A stretch of 64,000 bases of DNA from Paraspadella gotoi. Lineage: Eukaryota > Animalia > Chaetognatha. Shown one piece after another: positions 13,921 through 26,525 of the stretch (within the stretch, counting starts at the first letter, position 1; each line of letters starts with the position of its first letter). The translations under genes and the position numbers were made by a program. The stretch covers positions 5,118,724-5,182,723 of the forward strand of contig CM119271.1 in NCBI GenBank assembly GCA_051294375.1, written 5' to 3'. The notes beneath the pieces are model-generated. The model worked only from the letters and a program-made list of their open reading frames with translations, was not told where the DNA came from and did no database searches.

Positions 13921-14874
13921 TGCAAAAAAAATGTCACAACCGTTACAAACGGATAATTCTGAGGACAAAGTAAAAAAGGAAAAATTGGATATATTAAATA
14001 TGAATGTTAGTAAGAATTTTAAAAAGCTTGTAATTTTTTTCGCCGAAAAAAATGCGTAATAAAAAATGCCAAAAAACGCCAAAAAAGACATTTTTCATGG
14101 CCTTTTTTTCTTTGGAAAACATGTACCGTGGTAGTAAGTATGTTAAACGTATGGAATAATAATAATAACGAAAGAGGGCAGAAGTAAGGTCGTTTATACC
14201 GATCGACTGACCAACCGACGAAAATCTGAAAACCAAGGGGGGAAAAGGAAAAAAAACTCATGAGTGTTTGTTTTTTTTCGCTTTTCCCCCTTTTTTTTCG
14301 CCGTTTAAAAGAAAAGAGAGAGAGAGAGAAAGAGATAGTAACTAATATTACTACTACGAATAACTTAGCTTTTTTCGCCGGCACCGCGCATCGTGGTCGT
14401 CCACCCCACCCCGTCCCATCTTCTTCTTGGCTTCGGGGTCCATTTTCTTTGTTCGGACATGTATTATTCCAAGGGAGAGAGAGTCGCATTTTTATAGGCA
14501 AAATTTTTTTTTTATCTCTCACTGTGGTGGTGAAAAAGATTGGTTAACGAGAGTAGGTAAAAATGGTGGTTTTATTAAAAAATTAATGAAAAATTGTTAC
14601 GATTACCACCACCGAGTATCGATAAAAGTCAAGAAAATAATAGTTTTTTTCGTTCGCTTTTTGGATGGACAAAGAGAGAGAGGTCCCGCCACAGCGACAG
14701 CTGCGTCAGACGCTGCTAAAAAGTTACTTTCTGCTGGATCGTCGATCCCTCCTGGCTCCTCGTTGTCACGCTCCTCTTCTTCTTCCATTATTCGGAGGGG
14801 AGAGAGAGAGTTCCACGAGGGTGGATAAGTGTCATCGTCGTCGTCCTGCTGGGCCCTTCTCGTCATCCACGTCG

Positions 14875-17056
14875 TCATCGCCCCGTCTTTTCGTCGTCCC
14901 TCGTCGTCGTCGTCTCTCTCCTCCTCTCTTCGGCGTCCAAGATAGCCGCGGCTCGAAACGCCAGATGATGGTTCAAGGGGAGGGAATAATAAGGACTCAG
15001 CCAGAAGCGTTTGTCCTGTTAGTAATATATATAAATATATATAAATATCTATATATAAATATAAACAAAAAAAATTCAACTACTAACTTTGAAATTGCTG
15101 AGGGAAATTTTTTCCAATTCGACCTTGAACATGGAATATCCGACCGTTCTAAATTGAGTTAGTCTGTGTCGTCTGGGCCTGTCATGACTCAAGACGTCTT
15201 CGAACAAGTCTGTCGTTATAATAATAACAATGATATTTACATAGTACTACATAAATGTAAATCTCTCTCTCTCTCTAAAAACCGACCTGTATTCGTCAAA
15301 CGTTGAGCCACCAATCTCTTGGTTATTCCCTTACATCTGGCGCTTTTTTTGACGACGACGAGCCTCTTATCATCGTCATCAACTCCTCCTCAAAGGGCCA
15401 GGTCCTGGCGACGTATCCGTCGGGATCCCCAAAAGTGGCCAGAGTTTCCAAGGAATAACATTTTGGCTTGAGGGATACGCATTTGTACAAAAATCCGGCA
15501 CCGGACTCGTCTGTTATTTTAAAAAATGAAATGAAATAAAGTAAAAGGGAAAAAGGGTGAAAGAGAGAGAAAGAGAGTGAGAGAGAAAGAGAGAGAGTGA
15601 GAGAGAAAGAGAGAGAGAGAGAGAAAAAAAGATTTTTTTCTTTCTCGCACCTTTTAAACAACTGAGTCGATTCCTGTTATAATCCCTCCACAGACGTAAT
15701 AAAGGCATCCTGTCCTTATTTTCCAACCAATATGGATGAGTTTCTTTGGGACTATAAATGATATAATTATATATTGTACCAATTTCATAATATAAATAAT
15801 CTAATAATGATAATTCAATAATCAATTATTATTATTTATTAGTCTTTAACGTCCAAAATGAAACATAGATTGGCCCAATCGCACCAAAACGAAGCCAGTC
15901 GGCTCTCGTATCGAAAAGCCAATACAAACGAATCCTAAATTATTATTATTTATTAAGTAGAATATTAATCCCCAAAAAAATCGGCTCATCGTGTCATTTT
16001 ACTGTAATCTCACGATCACGTCGGTCCTTGCTTTGTTAAATACTCTTCTTAAATTCATTTGGAAAAATAAAATATTGTGAAATTTTGAATTTTCCAATAT
16101 GATACCTGGATAATTAATTAATTGATTAATTAATTGAATAATTAAATAATTTCTGCGGTAAATAAAATACCTCCGACCATTATCGGTTTGTTCAAATTTT
16201 GAGACATTGCTTTACCTATAATGATAATAATAATAATAATCCAAAATGAGTTTATCCTGCTGCCGCCGCATCGCAATAATCGTGACCCATCGACTCATCG
16301 AGTCGTCGGGTCTCTCGAGTCGCGACTATATACTTAGTAACTAAAGCCTACCCCCCTCTCCCTTCAAGGTGAGTACTATCGCAAATCGATCTCGGTACTC
16401 GAATAGTCGCGAACCGAGGGCGTCACTCGATGAGCCAAGGTGCCATGATTAAAGAATAAAGTTGGTAAACATATTATCACGATGATAAAAATACATAGAG
16501 ATTGGTAAAATCTTGATAAATTAAATGTGTGCTGCCATCGTCCTCAGACGATAAAGGATCGAAGCCCACTTCGCGATTATTGGCAACGGCGTAGCGCTCA
16601 GAAACTTCGCATATGCCTCCGCGAATCATGCGATTGTACGTTAAATACTGAAGGGAATCGGCTTTGCTAAATAATGGGATTTCCACCTTGGTCAAGGACA
16701 GAAAAATGTCGAGACTGATTCCTGCGAAACAGTAATAGTGGGTCGGCGAAATGCCGTGAAGTTTTATCGTGTTTTCTATAAAGTATTCGAAAACTGCTTC
16801 TAAGGTCAAAGTGTCTATCGTATTGTAAAATAGAATTATTTGACCAAAGTTGCTAAAGTTGAACATACGATAGATGGCGAGTGTTTTTTCGTAATCTTAT
16901 CGACTGCAAACTTCCTTGGACATATCGTCGGTAAATTCCTCGATGAACGGAAGGTTGGGATCGCTCAAACGGTCCAACGAAAATGCCGAATATGGCATTT
17001 TTATTTTTTGTAAAATTTGCATAAAATTTTGCCCTTTAGCTTCCCCATAAGTTTCC
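14875..17056 (-). pseudogene. Intron-containing protein-primed family B DNA polymerase (Polinton/Maverick/adintovirus type), copy 1, decayed
   Basis: Exons give KMPYSAF..DTLTLEAVF..PTHYY..IRGGICEVSERYAVANN..YQDFTNLY / GKAMSQ (internal deletion) LNKPIMVG / ..NDT / DSFVL..LDVKDY / PKETHPY..CLK / DESG..LKPKCYS..CKGITK / ..KISLSNFK / DKRF..LPLNH; stop at 14875. Confidence 0.9.
16283..16447. mobile_element. MITE-like imperfect hairpin inside a PolB intron
   Basis: ctcatcgag/ctcgatgag and tcgcgactat/atagtcgcga inverted pairs. Confidence 0.45.
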
Positions 17057-18119
17057 ACCTATGACCTATGACTACACGATTCTACGGCGATGTTCATCTG
17101 TACATCGGAATCTCCCAAAACCCTTTCTACACACTGGTGCCATCTATCGAAATTTTCCCCTAATAGTTCTACGCTAAATCTATTGAAGAATGATCTGTAA
17201 CCTAATAAATTTATTAGGAAATCTTCCCCCTCTTCCCAATTACTAAACTCTACCTTACTCAGAATTTTATATGATATAGTATACATTTCAAATATATCCC
17301 ACATAAGAGAGTAAGAAAAACCGGTAGAAAAATGTATCATGTTGAAAAACTGTTAGTCCGGTTAAGTCACATACTGTAGAAACGGGGTCCGATTCAAACA
17401 CACTTTGTCTTTTATTTCTTTCTCGCTATCTCTATCTCTCTTTTGATTTTCTCTCGCTATCTCTCTCTCTCTTTTATTTGAACTCGGCGAACTCGTTGAA
17501 GTCGAGATAAGAGATCTTGAGATCTTTTTTTGAGTTTGATCTTTTGTTTAAATTATTGAGTTACTTAAGTACATCTACAAACCAAGGTATAATTATATTA
17601 TCTTTTGTTTAAATTTTCTTTGACTCGAATTTTCTTTGACTCGAATAATCTTTTTAAGTACAATCTTTTAATTACTCTCTCTCTCTCCTCTCTTCTCTTT
17701 CTCTCTCTCTCTCTCTCTCTTTTCTCGATCTTTCTCTCTGTCCATTTTTGCACGTGAATCACACCTGATTTTTGAAAATGGATTTGAGGATTTGAGTAAA
17801 TACAAACATTAAACATTTTGATGTCAATCGTATCTAAAAGCTTTTTACAATGCTTATCAGGATTGTTTGATTTGAGATTTAACAGTAGTTACTTTTTTAG
17901 ATTTAAAAAAATTAAGATATAATATCGTTAAAATGAGTATATTAAATTATAAAAAAAAACAATGACACAAAAAATAAATGAATGATTAATTAAATATATC
18001 AATTATTTAAAAAATTAGCCAGCGTAAAAAACCCGTGATTTTATTTAAAAAATAAGAAAATTTTTAAAATTAAGGGAAATATTGAATTAAACGATTTAAG
18101 AGAAAGAATTAATTAAAGA

Positions 18120-19918
18120 GAGCTGGTGATGTCGAAAAGCACATCGTCATCACTTCGTTTAATTCTTCTCCAAATGTTTAACTCAATATTTCCTTTTAAA
18201 TTAATTTGGCTAATCGGGGGTTTTTGATGCTGGCTAATTTTTTGGGGGAAGGGATAAAAGATGAGAACATATTTACATTGTGGGTTGCAAGGGGGGGAAA
18301 TTTATTTCCTCTGGTTCTTCCTCTTCCTGTTCTTCAACCAAATATTTGACGATTTTAATTGTCTTTTTTCTTTTACATTTTTCTTTACCATTTTAAAATA
18401 ATAATAATGAAACTTAAATACATAATTTAAAATCATCAAATTACCCAGAGAAAGAGTTATTAACATCCAGTTTGTTGAAGACTTGGACACTGGGGATGGG
18501 TAGGATGAGCTGGAGGAGGAATTTGCAATCGAGGTCGCCTGTGACGCAGATGACGTCGCCGGGGTCGATGATATCGACATTGTTTTGTTTACCGGCGACG
18601 TCATAAACGTCGGCGGCCTAGACGAGGTCGGTGTAGTTGTATCCGTTTGCACCCTCGGGGACGACGCCGAGGGTGCTGAAGATGCCGGGTCTTTTGATGT
18701 GTTACTTGTAGATTTCGGCGACGCCGGAGCGGTGCTGCTCAACGGCGCCGACGAAGAACTTGGCGCCGACGAAGAACTTGGCGCCGGGTCTCTTGATGTC
18801 CTACTCGGCGACGCCGGAGCGGATGTGCTCAACAGCGCCGACGAAAAACTTGGCGACGCCGGAGCGGTGCTGCTCAACGGCGCCGACGAAGAACTTGGCG
18901 TTGGGTCTCTTGATGTCCTACTCGCCGACGCCGGAGCGGATGTGCTCAACGGCACCCACGAAGAACTTGGCGACGCCGGAGCGGATGTGCTCAACGGCGT
19001 CGCAGCTTTCGAGGTGGCGGACGAAGATCTTGGCGACGCCGGAGTGGTTGTCTTTATCGGCGCCGAAACCCTTGACACCGCAGACGAAGTATTTCCCAAC
19101 GCAGTTGTGCTTAACGGCGAGGTTGTTGTAGTTGAGGTGGTTGACGCCGGAGCGGGTGACGTGCTCAACGGCGTCCAAGGTGATGACGACAACGGCGCCG
19201 GAGCAGATGACGAGCTCAATGGCGCCTGTGTTCGGGACGTCGTCGTCGTCCATGACGACGTCGCCGATGATTCTTTTTTAATAATTCATTGTGGTAAAAA
19301 AGGGTTAATGGGGACGGAATGAGAATAGATTGAATAAACTGGGAGGGGAATTTGATTAGCAACGTTAAGAGGTAATAAATGGGGGTTAAGATGGACGAGG
19401 TGGGGTGGGAGGTGAATATGATAGATCGAGGGGATGAGTAATGTAAAATGGTAAGCTGTATTGTTAAGAACGGACAATATGGGGTGTTTTGGTTAAAAAT
19501 AATTATCGCTCGGGTTATGATTTGGGAATTGGATTTTGAATTTCATCATTGGATTCATAAGCGGAATCGGAGTCTGAATCCATGTTGAAGGTTATGAAAA
19601 AATTTTTTAGTTTAGAAAAATGAAATAACAAAAAAGTGAAAACGAGGAAGAGGAAGAGACAAAATAAAAACAATGAAAAGAGACTTTCATCTTGTTTTTT
19701 TTATGATAAAGAAAAAAAACATTTTTTGGTATTTCATTTTTTTATTTTATAAAAATAAAAACTGGGTATAATTATATTAACAATAATAATGAATGAACTT
19801 ACTTTTTGGAGTCGTAGTTTTTTTTGAATGCTGCGTAAAATGATGCACTTTTGACGGGTTTAATTGACCCGAAGTAAGAGAAAAGAAGAAGACAAAAAAG
19901 AACAAAAGTAAAATGCAT
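18120..19918 (-). pseudogene. Spliced type I membrane mucin-like glycoprotein gene of the element (left arm)
   Basis: Signal-peptide-like exon MHFTFVLFCLLLFSYFGSIKPVKSA (19918-19803, gtaag donor); S/T/P repeat exon; TM NWMLITLSLGNLMIL..; tail with KNPRLxQINL. Confidence 0.65.
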
Positions 19919-19937
19919 TTTAATAATGGGATGAAGA

Positions 19938-19980
<43 letters not shown>

Positions 19981-20789
19981 GAAAAAAAAGTTAGGTTAGG
20001 TTAGTTTTAAGTTAGGTGAAGAAAGAAAGGAAGGAAGGAAGAGACGCGAGGACAAAGTGCAAAGTAGAAAAATGAAATGAGATAAAAAGATTTCACAATG
20101 AATTGAAACTTAAAAATATTAAAAAAATTGGAAACTTCTTATCTATTTTTTTGTGTGATTTTAAGATATGACGAAAAGACTCTCTCAAAATTCATCTTGT
20201 TATTTTTAATAATAAAAAATAGAAAAGAAAAACTCTTTTTTAGTATTATACTTATGTTTAACAAAATAATTTTTAAATGTGTAAAACTGTATGAGAACAA
20301 ACTTACTTTTGATGACGTAAATGATTTTGTTTATTTTAAGCGAATGAAGCGGTGAAGTCGAAAAGGGTTTTACTTATTTTTTAATTAATTAATTAATATA
20401 AAAAGAAAAAAGAAAAGAAAAATTGAGTTTTATTTTTAGTTAGTATTAGAAATAAATAAGGAAAAATATGAGAGTGAAAGAAAAATGCAAAAAAAATAAA
20501 AAGAGACAAAAGACGCAAAGAAAAATGTAAAGCCTTTTTTATTTTTTTGTTATTTCAAGATCTTTACCGGGAAAAATTTTTGTCATTGTCGTTGTTGTTG
20601 TTAATGCACTTATCGATTAAATGGTAAAAAGATTTTTTGATTGATAAGGATTGTTCACAATTTGCCGGGTCTAACACTCCCCCCTAAGACCCCTAGCGCC
20701 CACTCTCATTTCATCCAGGTATAAATAAAATCAATTTTTCCAGACTTCTACTTTCGCGGGCAACAGAAAAAACTTTTTTTACCTTCAAA

Positions 20790-21300
20790 ATGAACGGAGA
20801 ACACATTTGCATTTGTAACATCTGCCATTTAGGTTTTAATAAGACTAATAAACGTTGCATTGGATGCGTTCAAGGTTTGAGTTAATTGATAAATATATAA
20901 AATTATTTTTTTTGAATAAATTTAAATTATATAACTGTTTTGCAGGACATTTATATTGTAAGGAATGCATTGATAAATTACAAAATTTATTCAACGGACC
21001 CATATCTCTTATGTCCACTTTGTAAAACACCTTTTGAAAAGGTGTGTAAAAACTGCGGCAGTTTTGTCTATCAACTACAAGTTTATAATCACGAAGTTGA
21101 GGATTGCTCAGAGTATATCGCCCAGTTAAAAAAAGAGAATAAAGATTTGAGGTAATTAAAACAAATTATTATATAATTGATAGGTTAAATATTTTTGTTA
21201 TATTTTTTTGAAATTATAATCTTTAAGAGAAAAATTGGAAAAGATTTTTCAACGACAAAAAGAAAAAAGAGACAATCGTTTGAAAAAACGCTATCGCCGA
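20790..21300 (+). pseudogene. Spliced RING-finger gene of the element
   Basis: TATAAA at ~20720; CNIC..CVQG|HLYCKEC..CPLCK across an intron at ~20875-20945; one frameshift. Confidence 0.65.
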
Positions 21301-21778
21301 GAAGAAAAAGAAAATGGCAACTCAAAGTTCTAACAAAAGGTAAGAAAAAAGTTATATGAAAAGGTTATGGTTAAAACTTTAAAAAATATCTTTTGTTGAT
21401 TTTATTTTTTATTTTTTTTATTATTTTATTTATTAATATTTAAAAAAAATAGCGATGAATATTATTAAAATATTTTTTTTTAAAAAAAGATGGGCCGAAG
21501 ACTTGGAGGAAGACGAGTTCGAGATCGTTCAAATGGGTTCGTCTTCTCCAATCTGTCGGAGCTCAACAACATCAACAGCATCAGCTTCGTCAGAGATATG
21601 CAAATAAGATAGGTTTTTATGTGTCTTTTAAAAAAAACAGATATGACAATGCTCCGTCGGGGAAACGAGTGATGATTTCTCACAAGCGCGAGGAATCAGG
21701 TATAATTTTAAAATGATATTGATTAAAATTAGTTATACGATAAGATAAGCTTTTTTTGTTTTTTGAATTTTTAGCTCG

Positions 21779-22240
21779 GTGATAAAACCATTATCACAAT
21801 ATTGCTTTGTTCATTACAAAAAATCCGAGGGATATTTCAAAGTTACCAAGGAACGTTTTGTGGGTCTGGTTCGTCTGAGCGCGTGCAAAAAGCTTCTGGT
21901 CCGCTTAAGCTTTTGGTCTCTCACGAAGAAGCGCGCAAACTCGTTGAGATGTGGGACGAGGGGGACTTAAAATCAAATTTTGAAAAAAAAACAATCTTTG
22001 GCCTTATCAGTAGATTCGCTTGCAGGAATTAAAATTCCAATTTCTGAGCATTTGGCTTACGCTATTAGCGTTTTTCGTCCTCAAACCTCGGCGGTTGCCA
22101 AGGCGACGATTCAACTAAAACCGTATATTTACGAGGCTCATAGTAGCACATTGTTTTTTTGTTCTCCGGTTTGCTATGGATTATCCTTGACTAAAGAAGA
22201 GCTGATTTCTCTTCTCGATTTTTTTCGTTTTGAATTATAA
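21779..22240 (+). pseudogene. Element gene with two internally similar domains (possibly PC4-like ssDNA-binding)
   Basis: Frameshifted; LKLLVSHEEARKL and GLSLTKEELISL helices after beta-rich segments. Confidence 0.45.
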
Positions 22241-22571
22241 AGGAGTTAAATGAAATTGCTTTAGCAATTTTCTTTTAAAAGAAAAATATTTTTTTTCTTG
22301 AGAGAAAAAATTTAATTATGAGAAATTGATTGATTGATTGATTGATTTTTTGGTTTTTTGGGAATATTTGATTATGGGAATATTTTATTATGGGAAATGT
22401 GATTATGGGATGTGATTAAATATGTATTAATTTTTTTAATTATAAAAAATGACAACTAATCATTAGCAATATTATTTAACTTCTTAAATAATTCTTAATT
22501 ACAAAAACTAATTAAATATTTTTTGATCAAATGAATTTTTATCATATTTTTTAGATTTAAACAAAAAAAAA

Positions 22572-23051
22572 ATGGCTGAAAGAGATCAAGCATTGGACGG
22601 AGGTTATTCGGTTAATCATCAACCGATTAAAAGGAACTATTTGACGATTAAGATGTTTCAAGTGGTTGAACTGTTGATTCTCGTAAACCGAATTTTTTCG
22701 AAAAAGTTCGTACCCATGAAAAAACATTTTAGAAATGTTCAAAATGACTTTAGCACCCTGATTCACGATGAAAAGATAAACAATAGGGGTTGCATAACGG
22801 ATATGCAAGTACGGCGATACACCCAACAGAGACACAGACGTTTTAGCGAAATTGAGGATTTAAAAGAACTAACCGTCACTTGTGGAAATGAAGAAGAAGT
22901 GGCGTATGAAAATAAAAGACTGATTATGGAACATCGAAAACAGTTTTTTAATGTGATTGACTTTGAAAACTTAAATATTAATTATTTAAAAAATCTTTTA
23001 AATTTATTAGAACCGGTTTTAATTACTGATTTAGAGTGTATAAAAAAATGA
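22572..23051 (+). CDS. Element hypothetical protein (159 aa)
   Basis: Intact ATG ORF; homologous decayed copies at 9560-10049 and 30128-30420 (-). Confidence 0.7.
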   Translation: MAERDQALDGGYSVNHQPIKRNYLTIKMFQVVELLILVNRIFSKKFVPMKKHFRNVQNDFSTLIHDEKINNRGCITDMQVRRYTQQRHRRFSEIEDLKELTVTCGNEEEVAYENKRLIMEHRKQFFNVIDFENLNINYLKNLLNLLEPVLITDLECIKK

Positions 23052-23584
23052 TTAGGACTTATAATTACGATGGTAAAGAAGAAGAAGCTCAATCAAAAAG
23101 AGCGTTATTTTCACTTTTACTCGAAATGGGTTGTGAAATAAATAGATTTTGCGATATTTTTGTCAAGTATATTATAGCTACTCCTTTTTATGTTGCGATT
23201 AAAACTACGCACACATTGAGTGAATATCAATTTAATTTACATCGATATTCCTCACTTTTTTCTATCGAAAATTATAATAAACTTTTAAGAATTAAATTAA
23301 ATTTTTCGAATGATATGGAAATGATTTGTAATTTTTGTTCTTTTTATAAATACGATGTAAGCACGAGAGAGAAATTGTGTGATTGCGTAGTTGGTGAGTC
23401 TGAGGTTCAAGACTATTTTGATTTAGTATGTGATTTAAAGGATGCCAAAATTTTACCGCTTGAGGAAGAAAATATTGTGTTTTTTGACCCTGAAACTTTA
23501 ATCGAATTTTATATACATCGTCGTCGTGAAAATGGTTTTTCTGAGATAGATACGGTAGATTATAATAACATTATATCAAACTAA
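23048..23584 (+). CDS. Element hypothetical protein (~178 aa), ATGA-overlapping the previous ORF
   Basis: Open frame MIRTYNYD..; N-terminus also present inverted at ~9490-9570. Confidence 0.6.
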   Translation: MIRTYNYDGKEEEAQSKRALFSLLLEMGCEINRFCDIFVKYIIATPFYVAIKTTHTLSEYQFNLHRYSSLFSIENYNKLLRIKLNFSNDMEMICNFCSFYKYDVSTREKLCDCVVGESEVQDYFDLVCDLKDAKILPLEEENIVFFDPETLIEFYIHRRRENGFSEIDTVDYNNIISN

Positions 23585-23727
23585 TATTTTTTTTATATGT
23601 AAATATGTATATATCTGTTTTAGTTTTATTAACTCAATTTAAAAAAAAAAATGAGTGACAAGAAAACAAAAAACAAAAAACTGATCAAAGCCTCCGTGAT
23701 GATGATGATGAGTGATGTGTAAATTTT

Positions 23728-24060
23728 TTGAGTTTAACTCAAAATGACGTGGACATGGACGACGCAATGGTGATTTCTAAATCGATGAATGGAGAAGAGG
23801 AAGAAGAGATGATCGTGGATGATTTAAAGGAGGGAGAAATGTGCGACAAGGCGGTTCGATCGGATGAATTAATAGATGAAACCAACATGGCAGTCATCGA
23901 AAAAAAACTCTTTTATTCGTATCGAAGGACTTGATAAAGTTGAAAGATTTCTTGATTTTTTGATTTATAACTATTGTGAAATTGCTGCATTATATCCTTG
24001 TTACTGTGAAAATTGCAGAGCCGTTTGCCAATCTTGTTATCCCCAAGAATAAAATTCAAA
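23728..24060 (+). pseudogene. TIR-adjacent gene with C-terminal CENCxAVCQSCxP
   Basis: Homologous to 38016-38285, 39780-40034, 41853-42122 (NxAVIEKKL..LDFxIY). Confidence 0.6.
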
Positions 24061-24933
24061 ATAAAAAACATGTAAATAAACCAACTCTAAAAATCCTTTT
24101 AACCCTAAACAAATGTAAAAGAAAGAGCCAGAAAAACTAAACAAACAAAAAGTAAGATAAGAGTTAGAGCAAAGGAAAATAAAGAGAGAGAGAGATAGCG
24201 AGAGAAAATCAAAGGAGAGAGAGAGATAGCGAGAGAGAAATAAAAAGACAAAGTGTGTTTGAATCGGACCCGTTTCTACAGTATGTGACTTAACCGGACG
24301 GGGGTAACAGTATTTCAAACATGATCCGTTTCTACCGGTTTTTCTTACTCTCTCACATAGAGTATAAATACTGTCCTATTTCATAAATTAAGTTACGAAT
24401 TTCATTCTTACTATGGTGATTACCTTCAACGTGCAAATACCTCATTGAAAAAGTGATGAATTTTAAAGGGTTTAAGACTAATTTTTTAAAGAATGAAAAG
24501 TTTATTTTTAGCTGGGCGATGTCGACATTCGGAAGACCGTGATTGAAAACAAAAAGTTCTTTCCTGTAGGAGGCGATTTCTGGGTCGTTCTCAGCCTCAA
24601 TCGCCAATCCTATCTTTTCTCGAATTCATGGAACCTTGAAACGATGATGGAGATGGTTTGATCCACCACTCGATATTCTCGATGGAAGAGTTGATGGGTT
24701 TCGATCAACGTCCGAAGAATGAATGCCATCTTTTGTAGAAAGCTTGAGTGGTGGGCCACGTCGACCGCCGTTGGAGTCGAGTAGACAAAAAATTGTTCCA
24801 TCTCCATCATCTGCGCCATGATTATTACCTTTTGTTTTTCTCAACAAACAAAATTTACAATTAAACCATTGATTAAAAATATTAAAAAGATTACAAAAAT
24901 TAATTATCATTAAAAAGTCATTTAAAAGTCATA

Positions 24934-25600
24934 TTAATCGTCTTTCTTTGCCCTCTTATTCGGGCTCGAATGCTCGTGATCCTCTTCGTCTTCATCATCA
25001 CCATCCTCCTCACTCCCTCTTTGACGCGTCCTTTCTTCCTTGGCCAAGCTCATCAAAGATTGTAACTCGACCAAGGATAAGTAAACCGTCCCGTGGCTCA
25101 TCCCCACGTTCTTTGTTTGACCGGTTGCGGGCGTAAAATGATACAATCTTTGGAAAATATATAATTTTTATTAATATTTTTTTATCAAGATAGACTAATA
25201 GATAACAGAAAAAAAAAGTACCTTAATTGTATCGTCGTGAAAGCGACAACGAACGGGAGATAAAAATTTTATCCCCCGTTACATTGTTATAACCCGACGT
25301 CTCGCACGTGCTATATGTAAATAATTTTTTAAAATTTTATATATTTTCCTTTGTTATAACCGCAAAATAAAAAAAATTCAACTTTGAAAATGATCGATGT
25401 CGGGACGTAGACTATCTAAGTACCGACGATACAATTATCTTCAAATTGTAGATGACCAAGAACAACCTTGGGGTGGCGCGGTAGAAGTGGAGCCTGACCC
25501 GCCTGAAGCTCTCCCCGAATCGTACTTTTCTTTTTTGATAATGTAATGAAACGGCTTACGGATGGCCACCGCGTAGCCGGATAATGGAATTGTCATTGAT
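24934..25600 (-). pseudogene. Spliced paralogue of the 21779 family; second copy 31330-31930
   Basis: MTIPLSxYAV..KYDSG..LTFEELDAL and YHFTxxTGQTK..GTVYL.L.E.QSLM in both copies, with gt..ag introns. Confidence 0.55.
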
Positions 25601-26274
25601 CTGGATAAAGGGGGAGGGGGAAAAGGTATAATGTGGGAATAAGAAAATTTGTGAATTCATTCATAATTCATTCATTCATTAATAATCTTACCAGATCATT
25701 TTGACGGCATCGTATTTTGAATTTTTTTCTTTAATGGCTTCCAAGGACAAACTAGTTAAAAAGAATAGATAAAAATGTATTACATTAAATGTCTAATGTC
25801 TCATGTAATAAGACGAGAAATAAAAATGAAATGACATATTTCCATATTTATTTATTTTACTTACTGAACTTCTTCATTTGCTCCAAAACGACTTCCTCCC
25901 CTCTTTTTTCCGAGAAAGTGGGCCATTTTTTTCTTAAAGGAACTTCTTCTCAATCGTTTTACCTTTTGTCTACAAAGAGGAAAAAAATTAAATTAAGTTC
26001 TAAGTTGTATAATACATTCAAAATTACCTTAAAATTATATTTTCTATTTTTAATGAATTAATCGCGTCTATCAGTTGAACGAGTTCAACATCCCTAGTTG
26101 TTCGATTAGATAGCGTATATACAAATTGAAATGATTTTACAATGAACTAGTGATGTCAAAATGATATCATCATCGTCTTCATATTCGTTTAATTCCTCTC
26201 CTAAGTTAGATAATTCTGTATTTTCTCTTGTGTCAAATTTATTTGGCTTAATCTAGGGTTTTTTACAGTCGCTA

Positions 26275-26525
26275 TTTTTGTTAGCAAAAACCTCAGCCAC
26301 TAATATATACAAAGGCATTGAGGGAGAATCTCCCTGCCTTAATCCTCTATTAACCATTATTTCTTCTGACCAATGACCATTAACTAAAATTCTACTATTC
26401 ACCTTCTTATGTTCGACCCAAAGCCATATTTTTCCAATGCCTTAAAAACAAAACTATGCTCAACCCTATCAAAACATTTTTCAAGATCTAAGAATATTAA
26501 GGCTCCCTCTTTATTATTCAATTCA
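26275..26525 (-). mobile_element. L1/Tx1-like LINE reverse transcriptase fragment
   Basis: GALIFLDLEKCFDRVEHSFVFKALEKYGFG and (other frame) SRILVNGHWSEEIMVNRGLRQGDSPSMPLYILVAEVFANKI. Confidence 0.88.

Larger units (their letters stand above)
17306..24353. mobile_element. Complete non-autonomous Polinton/Maverick-like insertion, 7,048 bp
   Basis: ~175-bp TIRs starting AGAGAGTAAGAAAAACCGGTAGAAA at both ends; 6-bp TSD CACATA at 17300-17305 and 24354-24359; removing it restores the target ORF. Confidence 0.92.
17059..24819 (-). pseudogene. ~240-aa unknown gene split by the 7-kb insertion (24819-24354 joined to 17299-17059)
   Basis: ...GQYLYSM|WDIFEMYTISY... reads in frame across the TSD; one frameshift near 24610. 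Confidence 0.75.

Noticed and set aside
18585-19322. Acidic Gly/Asp/Val-rich + strand ORFs (also 29510-29977, 40793-41581, 47971-48450)
   Set aside because: Antisense shadows of the S/T/P-rich minus-strand exons, which have the signal/TM architecture
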